DNA of 64,000 bases from positions 85,126,001 to 85,190,000 of the forward strand of contig NC_043004.1 of assembly GCF_006345805.1 (NCBI RefSeq). Direction: 5' to 3'. Each line of letters begins with the position of its first letter. Position 1 is the first letter of the stretch. Under the pieces are notes generated by a model. The model searched no databases and was not told the origin of the DNA. It saw only the letters and a program-made list of their open reading frames with translations. The DNA is from Octopus sinensis (Eukaryota). The position numbers and the translations under genes are program-made. Below are positions 38,735 to 51,466 of this stretch, piece after piece.

Positions 38735-39326
38735 ATCTTATAATTAAGGGCTAAAGAAGTTTATTCTAAAGCCAATACACTGCTTTATCCACTTGTAATC
38801 CACTTGTTGCAGGAAAATTGAACTGAAAGCTGGCAACTAACCTTCAGAAAATATAAATTTCGTTATCTCTATATTGAATCAATTTCGGATTAATCCCTAT
38901 AAAGGATACATTCTTCTTCAGTAGAGCTTACGCGGTATATAAATAAAATACTCACAGGCGTTTATGGGAAAAAGCAGAAGCTAAAAACACAACTACATTT
39001 AAGTACATCATTTATATCTAAAAATAAAATTTTTAATTTTATTTTTAGATAAATGATGTACTTAAATGTAGTTGTGGTTTTTAGCTTCTGCTTTTTCCAT
39101 AAACGCCTGTGAGTATTTTATTTATATTACCGCGTAAGCTCTACTGAAGAAGATGTATCCTTTATAGGGATTAATTCCGAAATTGATTCAATATAGAGAT
39201 AACGAAATTTAAATTTTCTAAAGGTAGTTGCCCGCTTTCAGTTCAATTTCCTGTAACAAGTGGAATATAAGTGGATAAATCAGTGTATTGGCTTTAGATA
39301 ACCTTCTTAGCCCTTAATTATAAGAT
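38735..39326. repeat. Second long inverted repeat (arms about 295 bp), centred at about 39033
   Basis: ATCTTATAATTAAGGGCTAA... at 38735 mirrors ...TTAGCCCTTAATTATAAGAT at 39326. The centre is TCTAAAAATAAAAT-TTTTA-ATTTTATTTTTAGA. Confidence 0.95.
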
Positions 39327-39424
39327 GTTTATACTTCAACCGTAAAGGTTTTTTAATATACTGCCACGGTTTTTGATGGATTCCTTTTCTGTAGAGAAAG
39401 GGTCTTCATCCTATATTGTTAGTA

Positions 39425-39463
<39 letters not shown>

Positions 39464-39493
39464 CATACATACATACATACATACATACATACA

Positions 39494-39524
<31 letters not shown>

Positions 39525-39528
<4 letters not shown>

Positions 39529-39770
39529 TTATGCTCGTGTGTGTCTGTATATGTATGCATTTTTGTGCCTCTGCTTGACTCCATTACCATCGCTAGACAA
39601 CCGATGTGTGTGTGTTCATGTCCCTGTAACTTAGGGGTTCAGAAAAAGATTCCTATAGAATTAGCACTAAGCTTACAAAGAATAAGTTCTGGGTCGGATT
39701 CCCTCGACTGAATCCGGTGATCCAGCATGGCTACATTCAAATACCTGAAATAAGTAACAGAATAGAAGAA
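39525..39770 (+). mobile_element. SINE family A, 3' half
   Basis: GACAACCGATG...GCTTACAAAGAATAAGT.CTGGG.TCG...CAGCATGGC matches the family tail. Confidence 0.7.
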
Positions 39771-40021
39771 TCAAAGAATCACCTATCTGCGCATAGACGT
39801 ATAAATGCACGTAGCTTTTGTTTCTTGCTGGCCTCGGGCATTAGACTACAGCCATGTTTCGGGAGTGACTTGAATATTTTTTAGTGGAGCCCAGTACTAA
39901 ATTAATTTCTAATGCCGGCATTTATTTTTTATCTATCTCTTTTACCGAACAGATAAGATATAGGACATAAACGGTGTCACGGCATCAGTTCTTATATATA
40001 TAATATATATATATAATATAT

Positions 40022-40215
40022 CTATATATATATATATATATAAAGTTAATCCAAACAAGAAAGCACAAAAAAACACAACAACGCGAGGACGTGGAACATA
40101 TATAGTATTATTGGACGCTCAGGAAAGAAGGAACGAAGGAGGGTTTAACGTTTCGAGCGGAGCTCTTCGTCGGAAACATAGGGGAAGGAACGGTCTAGAC
40201 AAGGGAAGACAGAGG
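40022..40215 (-). mobile_element. Short non-autonomous repeat abutting (TA)n, Penelope pLTR-like, with a hammerhead-like motif
   Basis: Related blocks occur at about 29930-30130 and 47030-47260. Contains GTTT CCGACGA A GAGC TCC GCTC GAAA CG TT AAAC on the minus strand. Confidence 0.45.
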
Positions 40216-40254
40216 CACACACACATACACATAAGCATACTTAGGCACTTCCAC

Positions 40255-40775
40255 TTTCTCACAACCTAATCCAGTCACAGTGTTGTAGTCAGTGAAGGTC
40301 ATGTCAGAAAACAGTCGTCCAAGGCATCACGCAGTGAGACAAAACCCGAGATTATGTCGTTAAGAAGCCATCCTCCAACCACATTGACACGCCTACAACT
40401 ATATAAATATACTCATTACTCTTTTACTTGTTTCAGTCACTTGACTGCGGCCATGCTGGAGCACCGCCTGTAGTCGAGCAATTCTTCTCCAGGACTTATT
40501 CTTTGTAAGCCTAGTACTTATTTTACCGGTCTCTTTTGCCGAACCGCTAATTTACGGTGACGTAAACACACAAGCATTGGTTGTCAAGCGATGTTGTGGG
40601 GACAAACACAGACACACAAACATACACATGTATACGACGGCCTTCTTCCGTCTACCAAATCCACTCACAAGGCTTTTAGTCGAACCGAGTTCTATAGTAG
40701 AGACACTGGCCCAAGTTTGCCACGCATGGTGGACTAAACCCGGAAAAACTATTGGTTGGTAAACAAGCTACTTAA
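40255..40775 (-). mobile_element. SINE family A head (40255-40400) plus a second near-complete copy (40415-40775)
   Basis: Reverse-complement matches to the family A head and tail. Confidence 0.75.
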
Positions 40776-40804
40776 AACACACACACCACACAACACACAC
40801 ACCA

Positions 40805-41073
40805 CACAATATATTATATTATATAGATATATATTTATATATATATTATATATATATATATATATTATTATATATAATATATATTATATATTAAAATTAT
40901 ATATATATATATATTATATATATATATAGTATAATATATATATATGATATATATATATATATTATATATATATATATATTATATTATATATATATATTAT
41001 AGATATATATATATTAGATATATATAATTATATTATATTATAATATAATTATATAATATATATATATTTATAT

Positions 41074-41107
<34 letters not shown>

Positions 41108-41166
41108 ATATATAATATATATATATATTTATATATATATATTAATATATAGATATATATTTATAT

Positions 41167-41203
<37 letters not shown>

Positions 41204-41212
41204 ATATATATA

Positions 41213-41244
<32 letters not shown>

Positions 41245-41540
41245 TATTATATATATATTATATTATATATATAATATATTATATATATATAGTATTATAT
41301 ATATATATAATTATATATATAATATATATATATATTATATATATATATATATAGTATAGATATTATATCATATATAATACTTATATTATATATATTATAT
41401 ATATATATATTATTATTATATATATATATTATATATATATATAATATATATATATTATTATATAATATTATATATTATATATATATCTATTATATATATA
41501 TATATATATATTATATATAAGATATTAGATTATATATAAA

Positions 41541-41575
<35 letters not shown>

Positions 41576-41911
41576 ATAGATTATATATATTATATATATA
41601 TATATATTATATTATATATAATATTAATATATATATATATATATATAGCTATTATATTTATATATATATATAATATATTATATATTCTTATTTATATATT
41701 TATATATATATATATATCTATATATATATAATTATATATCTAGAGATTATATATATATATATTTTATATATATATATATATTATATATATATATATTATA
41801 TATATCTATTTATATATATATATATATATTATAATATATTATATATATTAATTATATATATTATAATATTATATATATATATATCTATATATATATATAT
41901 ATTATACTATA

Positions 41912-41952
<41 letters not shown>

Positions 41953-42017
41953 TATATATATATATATTATAATATATATAGTATATTATATATATAATAT
42001 ATATATATATATATAAT

Positions 42018-42052
<35 letters not shown>

Positions 42053-42275
42053 ATGTATATATATATTATATATATATAGATATATTTATATATATATATA
42101 TTATAATATATATATTATTATCTATATATATAATATAATATATATATATATATTATATATATATTATATTATAATATATAATATATATATTATATATATA
42201 TATATTATATATATATATATTATATATATATATAGATATAATGCATTACATACATATATAATATATATAATGCAC
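40805..42275. repeat. About 1.45-kb irregular (TA)n array
   Basis: Directly visible; frequent 1-nt phase shifts (TT, AA) and scattered G/C. Confidence 0.95.
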
Positions 42276-43151
42276 ATAAACACTCACATATATCTAGAAT
42301 ATTTGATATTTAATCATAATTTTAGTTTACACAGTGTCTTCGAAGCTCCTTGTGATCAGACATCTGCTGATCGGCAAGGTCAAACAAAATTTCTTAAACA
42401 TCTGCGTATAATCGCACAAGAATCCGTAGGCAGACACAAGCAGAATTGAACGTTCTTGTAGTGAGATATATATTAGCATTCGGCGACACAGTAAAATCTG
42501 AAGAACATAAACCTTCGGATTATAATTCTCTCTATTGTGTAAATTGCACACACATAGATACACACACTAATAGAAGGACATGTGTGTATCTGTGTGTGTC
42601 TGTGTGTTTGTGTGTGTGTTTGTGTGTGTGTGTTTGTGCGTGTGTGTGGTGTGTGGTGTGTGTGAAAATGTGTGTGCTGCTGTGAACAAAGTTAGAATTT
42701 TTAATATTTATTTTGTTGTAAATGCTAATTAGTAGCTGTAAAACATATTTTAATTCTACGAAATAATGTTGGTTTAAACATGCTAAATTATAAATAATAT
42801 ATTCTGCTTTATTTTCAGCTAATGACTTGAGGGTCTACGCAGTTTTATTCTCGTACATTTGCCGCACAACCATATTGCGTCATGTATATTTTGATAAATT
42901 TTGTTTCATTGCCTTCTGAGGTTTCTATTTCCATAGTCACACACACTCTTTCTTCTTTTCCATCTTTCTTCTCCCTCCTAATCTTCTCTGCTCCGATCTT
43001 TTTTTCCTACCGCATTTCAAACTCGCTTTGTCTGTAGTCATATGACACTTATCTTTGTCCCTCCTTTAATGTGTTTCTATATCTCAATTCATTAATTCCC
43101 AGTTTTCTCACAAGTTAAGCTTCGTATAAAAACATATTTCAACACACACAT

Positions 43152-43182
<31 letters not shown>

Positions 43183-43420
43183 CGTACAAATTTCAACTTT
43201 TACATAATTACATGACTGTTTTAAATAAATGTGTTAGTGTGTACACCTTATTTACGATGAATTCAGTTGCGTGTAAAAATGATTAAAATTACGCATGCGC
43301 TTTAATTTACGAATGTACTTAGCTGTCCGTTTATCACAACAAACACGCAGGTGTGTCTTAATATGTAAATTTTCATGAAAATTTGTCCATATATTTTGTA
43401 TGCTTGCAATACATGTATAT

Positions 43421-43511
<91 letters not shown>

Positions 43512-44129
43512 CTTGTGTGTGTGAGAGAGTGTTTATGTGTGCGCGTGTCCATAAATGCTTATTCATAACTGTCATCTTGCTGCATTTTAACCAATCTATG
43601 GCTGCAAGTAATACTAATGATTAGTTAATATGTAAAATGTTTCAAATGCAAATGTGCCTGAATTATGCATCTCTTGTGAAGATTCCAGCAACTTCTCTTT
43701 TCTCACTTGAAATTTACCTCGCGGCAACTCAAACTCCGAATAATTTAGTTGAGAAAGTTTCAAGATACCAAAGAAAAAACAAAAAGTGTTTCTTTGATTA
43801 TATTAGAAACAAAATACGTTTGTGTAAAAGTTGGAATGTGAGACACCACAGCATTTAAAACTCTTGAAATTGACCACATTATTAGGTTCATTTGTTGGGA
43901 AAGAGGATGGCAGTTTCGAAACCACTCCACGTATTGTTAATTATGTCCCTTCATATCTCGTGTCTAAAATCTCTTGACTGTAATCTAGTAGATACTACCC
44001 ATGCAGATACATGTATGTCTACGTGTGTGGGCCTTTGTGATATGCACAAAAATTCTTCTCAGTCATAGCTGTAACAGTTTAGCACCACACAAAGCACATA
44101 TACTCTCCAGTATTAGTAAAAATTACGTG

Positions 44130-44347
44130 TACATATGTTTGTGTGTCTGTGTTTGTCCCCTCACCATTGCTTGACAACCGATGCTGGCGTGTTTACCTCC
44201 CCGTAACCTCGCGGTTCGGCAAAAGAACCCGATAGAACAAGTACTAGACTTACAAAGAATAAGTCCTGGGGTCGATTTGCTCGACTAAAGGCGGTGCTCC
44301 AGCATGACCGCAGTCAATTGACTGAAACAAGTAAAAGAGTAAAAGAG
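44130..44347 (+). mobile_element. SINE family A, 3' half
   Basis: TTGACAACCGATGCTGG...GGCGGTGCTCCAGCATGACCGCAGTC...AAACAAGTAAAAGAG. Confidence 0.85.
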
Positions 44348-44408
<61 letters not shown>

Positions 44409-46074
44409 TCTTTTACTCTTTATTATATATATTATATATATATATATATATATTATATTATATATATATACATATCAATAAATATATATAAAATACTTAT
44501 ATATATATATACATTGCAATCAAGGACAAAATCTACATAGGATTTTATCACCAGGTAGCATGTAAAAACCATTACGGTAAAAATTAATACAAATCTATAA
44601 TTTTATAGATATAATTCTAAAATTATAATAAAGGCAACTATCAAATAAAATGGTTGTAAGATCAAAATAGAATTGCTGTAAAGTGAATCTCGAAATAGTA
44701 CACTACAACAAAATCTAACACGCTCCTATAGTGTCCGTAATCTACTCACTTTCTGCGATTTTAGAGTGCCAACCGAATGATCTCTAGGGGTACCCTGACA
44801 CACAAATACTCCAAAACAGTTACATTTAATGATGGCAGCACGAAATACTACACCCGAATAACAAAAAGATGATGATATCTTGCCATGGGTTACGCAAACT
44901 ATGCACCCTGAAAAGTCAGTGGCAGAATTACTCATTGCTGTGTTTAGATTCATCTGGATAGTTCCGAACAATGGTAACGACATGCCCAATAATGCTCGGA
45001 GGACATTTCATACAATTCCAGCTAAGAACCCAGGAATTGATAATTACCAACACAATCCTAGTGAACTGCATATACTAGACTACCCTGCCGTTCGCATTCA
45101 CAGAAAAATGTATTTGTCATAACATGACAATGATATGCCCTGTTTATGGAATTCTCCCCAATAGCAACTAAAACTTACCATTACGACCCTAGTCGTAATT
45201 CTTCAATGCACAGCAGCAGAATTGCACATTCGAAGCGCAAACAATTTCGTCTTGCTTATAATGGAATTCCGCGTACTCTCAGTACACGAATACAGTTACG
45301 CCGTATTTTAAAGAATGATTAGAAAACAGCCATGGTAACCGCCACGTGGTGAGTAACTGACGTCGCTGGCTTAGAAACTCTACAGAATACAGCACGTGTT
45401 GTCTGACACCTGCATTAATTTCTATGGAAAGACTGCCCTGGAATAAATATAGAGAATTCTCAACAACTCTGATTGAATATTTTCACAAACATCAATAATT
45501 CCATATATCTCAGTCCTTTGGCACATAAGTAATGTAGAGCTGAGCCAATCTCCTTAATACATACATGCATACATACATGCATGTATACGTACATACGTAT
45601 ATACATTTGTAATTCAGGAACAGCAAATTGATACGAAATCTCTTATATTATCCGTTCTGTCTGTCTGTGTGTGTGTGTGGCTTCTAGGATCTCGGGCATC
45701 CTCCATCCAATTGCGGTCAAATTTGATATGTTGATACCGACAGTATCAGGGCGTGTATAATTCTTGAAATAATAAAAAAAAGTAATCCATTCCAGGTGAG
45801 AGTGCGATCGATAAAGCCGTGGGAAATCGCTTTTCTTTGCAATAGAAAAAAAAGTCTATCTTTATTTCTTCTTTTGCTGGTGTCTCAAATTTAGGTTAAA
45901 TCAGTGTTCCTCAATTTTGAGAAAATTTGGTTTAAATATTTGACAACTCAGCACCATCCTACGCTCTTCAACAGAAAGATACACAGAAAAGAAACACTGA
46001 GAGAAACAAGGAGAGAAAAAAAATGCGTGCAGGAGCTAACGATTTAACATATATATATATATATATATATGCGT

Positions 46075-46300
46075 GTGTGTGTGTTTGTGTGCCTGTGTTT
46101 CTCCCCCTAGCATTGCTTGACAACCAATGCTGGTGTGTTTATGTCCCCGTTACTTAGCGGTTCGGCAAAAGAGACCGATAGAATAAGTACTGGGCTTACA
46201 AAAGAATAAGTCCCGGGGTCGAGTTGCTCGATTAGAGGTGGTGCTCCAACATGGCCGCAGTCAAATGACTGAAACAAGTAAAAGAGTAAAAGAGAGTAAA
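46075..46300 (+). mobile_element. SINE family A, 3' half
   Basis: Same tail as 44130-44347, ending (AAGAGTA)n. Confidence 0.85.
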
Positions 46301-46867
46301 AAAGTATTCCAGGGAACCACTATCCTGGAATAAATATAGAGAATTGTCCACATCTCTCATTGAATACTTTCACAAACATCAATTCTAGGAATGCAGGTAT
46401 AGCATTCTTATTGAAACATTTGTCAAATCTATGCATAAGAAGCCGGTTATTGCTCTTTGGGATAGTCTAGGAAAGGATGCACCGTTATTATTTGCTTGAA
46501 AACAAAAGAGGGGGAGGATCATTATGGTCACTTGCTTCGAAATCCCCAGCTTCATAATTGTAAATACCCAAATATTTTTGGTGTCATTCGTTTTGTGAGT
46601 AAATGCCCAAGTGACAATCTGGGTAAACGAGGGGTTTCAGAAAAGCAAAGTACCCAACTAACTCGCACACTACAAATATAATGTGTAAGTAGAACCGTAA
46701 AAAACATGCAAGGTATTTTATCAAGTTTAAAATGGGAAATTGCTTTTGTATCTGCATTTCAGCGACGCGAGCTCTTCATCTGCGTTAGAAAGCAGTTCCT
46801 TCCTCCAAAGGAAGATGTTAAATTATTAATAAGAGAACATATATGCAAACATGCAGGCCTATGTCTG

Positions 46868-46938
<71 letters not shown>

Positions 46939-46941
46939 CTA

Positions 46942-47020
<79 letters not shown>

Positions 47021-47029
47021 TATACTTGA

Positions 47030-47260
47030 ATTTTACAGACAAACAAAAAAGCGAAGACAGGTGGATGTACAACACAGAGGTGCATTAGTTTGACACTAGG
47101 GAAAGAGAGGAAGTCTTTTACGTTTCCAGCCTACGCTCCTCAACAGAAAGGATTAAGAAAAAATAAACAGAGTAGGAATAAAACAAAACAAATTCTGGAC
47201 TTAGCGCTCAATGATGACAGCTTGGTGGTATATACGATAATTAATGTGTGACAAATAAAC
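47030..47260 (-). mobile_element. Short non-autonomous repeat abutting (TA)n, related to 29930-30130 and 40022-40215
   Basis: Shares CAG.GGTG.ATTAGT.TGAC...GAGGAAGTCTTTTACG and AATAAACAGAG with 29960-30055. Confidence 0.45.
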
Positions 47261-47351
47261 AGGAATTAAGCTATCACTTGCACTAGCTCGTAGGTGTTTC
47301 CGCTGAGTTACATGCAGCGGTTTAGTGTTCGTGCAACTACTTATGGCATCC

Positions 47352-47382
<31 letters not shown>

Positions 47383-48574
47383 ACACACACACATACACAC
47401 ACATACACACATACACACGCACTTATACACGAACACACACAGGCACACACATGTAAATAATACAGCTATATGTAAATCGTAATGCTATCTGTGTCTCTAT
47501 ATAACTGTAGGCTCGGGAAATCGAAGAAAGATACACTGACTTACTTATATTAGTTTGCTGTTACGTCTTTTTACTCGTAAGATATATACTCCTATATTCC
47601 CTCAAGGTGTTGATAAAAGCCGTACGGGGTAGATTTCGAAATTCCATAGAATCACTGCCTATGGATCAATAAGATAATGTAACATATTTTATTAAATCTT
47701 ATTATATTACGGCTTATTAATTATCTGAGGGGCGCCGTCGACACATTGAATATACATACAGCACATTTTCAGTTTTCGCGTAATGAAATTATAAAGGAAA
47801 ACCTACTGATTCTGTAGTTAATATGCCGCACATTCCTCTGATGCACATTACATCACTAATAGTCATATATTCATATTCATCAGCCCGTAGCCTTACCCAT
47901 AGACCTGGTATTCTTGGAATTTATATGAAACGATTCAAATAAAACATTCATGAAGTATCATTGAGGTTAGAGCAAAACGACAGCTTAATACGAATTTTCA
48001 TCTGAAGCAAATTTCCATTGCTTTCATTCAGTATAGATTCGTAGCTGATTAGGTGTATCCGCAGCTATCTTCTTGTGAAGTTCATGGTACATGTACTTCA
48101 ATTTGAGTTTAATCTTACAGCAGTTTTACATCTATGGTATGTTAGGTAAAAATGTAATTTATTTAGTCTCGGCTCAACTGAGGCGTTGAAACAAGAATCT
48201 GCTATGCGTAGACTGTGCAGACGGCCAATAGATGAAATAATCTTCTTCTTATAATATGGTCTTAATCTTCTTTCCGGTTTAAGCATACTACTCGGTCACT
48301 GGGTGGTTTCTCATTTAGTACACACCGAGTTGAAGCGTTGAGGTTTGACATGAATACACAAGTAAATTTTATCTGATTAGACCTCTCTTACCAACTTAAT
48401 CACACAGACACAAACACACACATACACATCCACATGCACACACATACACACACATACATTCACACACGCATAGACACTCACCCACACACAAACAAACAAA
48501 TACACAGAGGGATAAAATTCCGTGTGCATGTGTATATGTCAGATAGAATATTGCCTATATTTCCACATGTGGTG

Positions 48575-48805
48575 AAGGCGGCGAGCTGGCAGAAACGTTA
48601 GCACCAAGGGCGAAATGCGTAGCCGTAATTCACCTGCCGTTACGTTCCGAGTTCAAATTCCGCCGAGGTCGACTTTGCTTTCATCCTTTCGGGGTCGATA
48701 AATTAAGTACCAGTTACGCACTGGGGTCGATGTAATCCACTTAATCCTTTTGTCTGTCCTTGTTTGTCCCCTCTGTGTTTAGCCCCTTGTGGGTAGTAAA
48801 GAAAT
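48575..48805 (+). mobile_element. SINE family B, well-conserved monomer
   Basis: GAAGGCGGCGAGCTGGCAGAAACGTTAGC head through ...TGTGGGTAGTAAAGAAATA end. Confidence 0.88.
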
Positions 48806-50229
48806 ATATATTCCCACATGTGACCCTACCGTAGCAAGTTGCGGTCGCACACAAGGATTTGAAGCTGAAACGTAGCCCTCTTAAATGTAATGCATTATCG
48901 TATAAATATATTATATTGATCAAAAGGAACAATATTCATATATAACAAAGTAATTTTAATTTTTTTTCCATTCGTATGAGAACACACAAGCTATGTCGCA
49001 GAGTATATTGAATTATTAAATTTAGAAATTCGATTTTATTCTCAGACACTAAATATAGCCGCAGACAGATTAGAATGTTAATGCTTTTGCAACAGTATAT
49101 AGGATATAAGTTAAGATAAGATACTTTATGATAACAATTTGATACGATCTTCTACATTAATGGTCTTGTTTTGAGTAACAAGGTTAAATCATTTGTTACG
49201 AAACGAAATGGTATATGATAGCGAATTAATGAATTGCCATGTCTGGAAGACGATTTCAACATCGATTAAAGGATTAAATGGTTTTGAAATTGAATGAGTT
49301 TGTCATCAGAAAAAGGAAGATGAAATATTATGAATGTCTTCATATACTTTCTTGCTTTTAACCATTCTGTCAGTGAGTTGCTATGGTTATATTAAATAGA
49401 AGAAATGATTTAATATGTCGAATATAAAGAAAGGGTAAGAAAAGATTATATCTGTATTCTTAGAAAGCACTGCTATTTCTGAAGCAACGTAAATATTAAT
49501 ACATTCTCGTTTTCATCATTTATTTTTTTTTTTTTACTGTCTTCAAGCTGACATTCATTTGAATCTGTCAAACGTTTGGACGAACTAAAATGAAAAGTTC
49601 TTCATATAAAATTTCATCTTCCGTTTTTAAGTAATGCCGAAACGAAAAGTTTATTTGCGTGATTTACATTCATACATTTCAACTTGTATGTGGTTTAATC
49701 ATAATAGAAAAAAAAAACAATTGCAGTAGACCTGAACTTCTTACAGGACTTGCGAGATTGGTAGGAAGATATTTTCAAAGCATGGATCTGGTTTGAGTTA
49801 TAGACTTCTCTAAGGCAACCAAGATAATGTTTGTAAAGCAGGGGTAACGGCTCGGCAACAAGAAAAGGTGCCTCTTTGCAAGAATCCCATCAACGCAATT
49901 TCACTCACAGTCTAAGCACGTCTCGTGTAGCTATACCACACGAGACGTGCTCACTAGCACAGTTGCAAGAGACCGAATGTCGATTTCCAATCGAACTCCT
50001 TAATTTTAAGAATATGCTGGTACATACATCTAATATTCGTCTTATATTAAAAGGATATATTCTTAAATGACAGTTAGTGCGTTGGCAGATACTTCTGAGC
50101 ATGAGAAACAACCCACATACGATATTTTCTCGACTGTTTGTGCTTTGTAAGACCCTAGATTGCTAACTTTACCGCTCATGCATTTGGGTTCCTTTAATGA
50201 CAGCCCAGTGACTTAGTGGAAAATTGTTT

Positions 50230-50421
50230 CTCGGCTGTTTGGTAAGTAGCTTGCTTACCAACCACATGGTTCCGGGTTCAGCCCTACTGCGTAGCATCTT
50301 GGGCAAGTGCCTTCCACTATGGCCTCTGAGCGACCAAAACCTTGTGAGTGGATTTGGTAGACGGAAACTGAAAGAAGCCCGTCGTATACACACACACATA
50401 CACACACACACACACACACCT

Positions 50422-50465
<44 letters not shown>

Positions 50466-50645
50466 GTTTGTGTGTCCGCCCAACATCGCTTGACAACCGA
50501 TGCTGGTGTGTTTATGTCCCCGTCACTTAGCGGTTCGGCTAGAGAGACTGATAGAATAAGTCTTGGGGTCGATTTGCTCGACTACAGGTGGTACTCCAGC
50601 ATGACCGCAGTCAAGTGACTGAAACAGATAAAAGAATAAAAGAAA
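50230..50645 (+). mobile_element. SINE family A, full length
   Basis: Head, internal (CA)n(TA)n and tail collinear with 16663-17075. Confidence 0.88.
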
Positions 50646-51375
50646 GAAAAAAAGAAACGAATTTCTCATACATTTACGAACGCCTGCCATAAACAACGCT
50701 TTCTTTCTGCGATGCGTGAACTGTCAGAGGATGCGACCAACAAACATTGAATGTATAGAGACCTTCATCCACAGTTTGGGAGCTGCAGACGTTGATGACT
50801 TTAAATTCTAGATGAACGGGATGTTTATATTGTATTAGTTATGATACTTTATACGCAACAAGGTGTTAGGATAAGAAACCAAATGAATACTTGAATCGAT
50901 TTGTTCCATTATGTGTTGGCCAACGAATGACATAATGTCACGAAGAACCTAACACACGTAAGCATTTATACAAGTCGCAGATTTTCAAAAAAGTGAGAAA
51001 AATAAACATAACGACAGTTATCTCTCTTTAAATTCTGAGTGCAAACGACAGTGAGAAAAAAACCTTTGCTTTTCTATCAGTGAAGATCTATAAAGCACCA
51101 CTGAAGATCTGTGGTTTACTTCTATTCTAAAATGCAACAACGCTGTGAATAAAATTTTAATTGAAAACTTTCTTTCATCTTAATACGAATAAAGAGCTCT
51201 GAAATATAAAGCTTCACAAGATATTCTCTGCAAGCCCCGCACATCTTATTATTATATATACACTTTCAGGAGTGTAAACCTTTTAAACTGAGGATCTGAA
51301 GAAACACAAATCATGTGTATCTGTTTGTTTACTTGATTTCTGTAAGAAGTACACATTTCATCTTTTCTTCAATAG

Positions 51376-51466
51376 CTGTATGATGGTGGTGGAAATATGG
51401 GCTGTGATAAGTTCCAGAAGACGGACATTCGGTGGAAGGAAACAAGAAATGGATTTACCATTAACG
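51376..51466 (+). CDS. Candidate exon of an unidentified host gene (phase 0-1, 91 nt)
   Basis: Strong acceptor CATTTCATCTTTTCTTCAATAG| and donor AACG|GTATGT. The frame LYDGGGNMGCDKFQKTDIRWKETRNGFTIN is protein-like. No homolog recognised. Confidence 0.5.

Noticed and set aside
42335-42430. Possible plus-strand exon (VFEAPCDQTSADRQG...)
   Set aside because: Donors are weak, the phase does not clearly link the better candidates, and no homology was recognised.
45173-45400. Minus-strand GTAAGT donor at 45173-45178
   Set aside because: All three upstream frames contain stops before any good acceptor.
49915-49957. Helitron 3' end (hairpin then CTAG)
   Set aside because: The hairpin is only 2 nt from CTAG and the next base is C rather than T; no TC 5' end was identified. 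Kept only as an unexplained hairpin.
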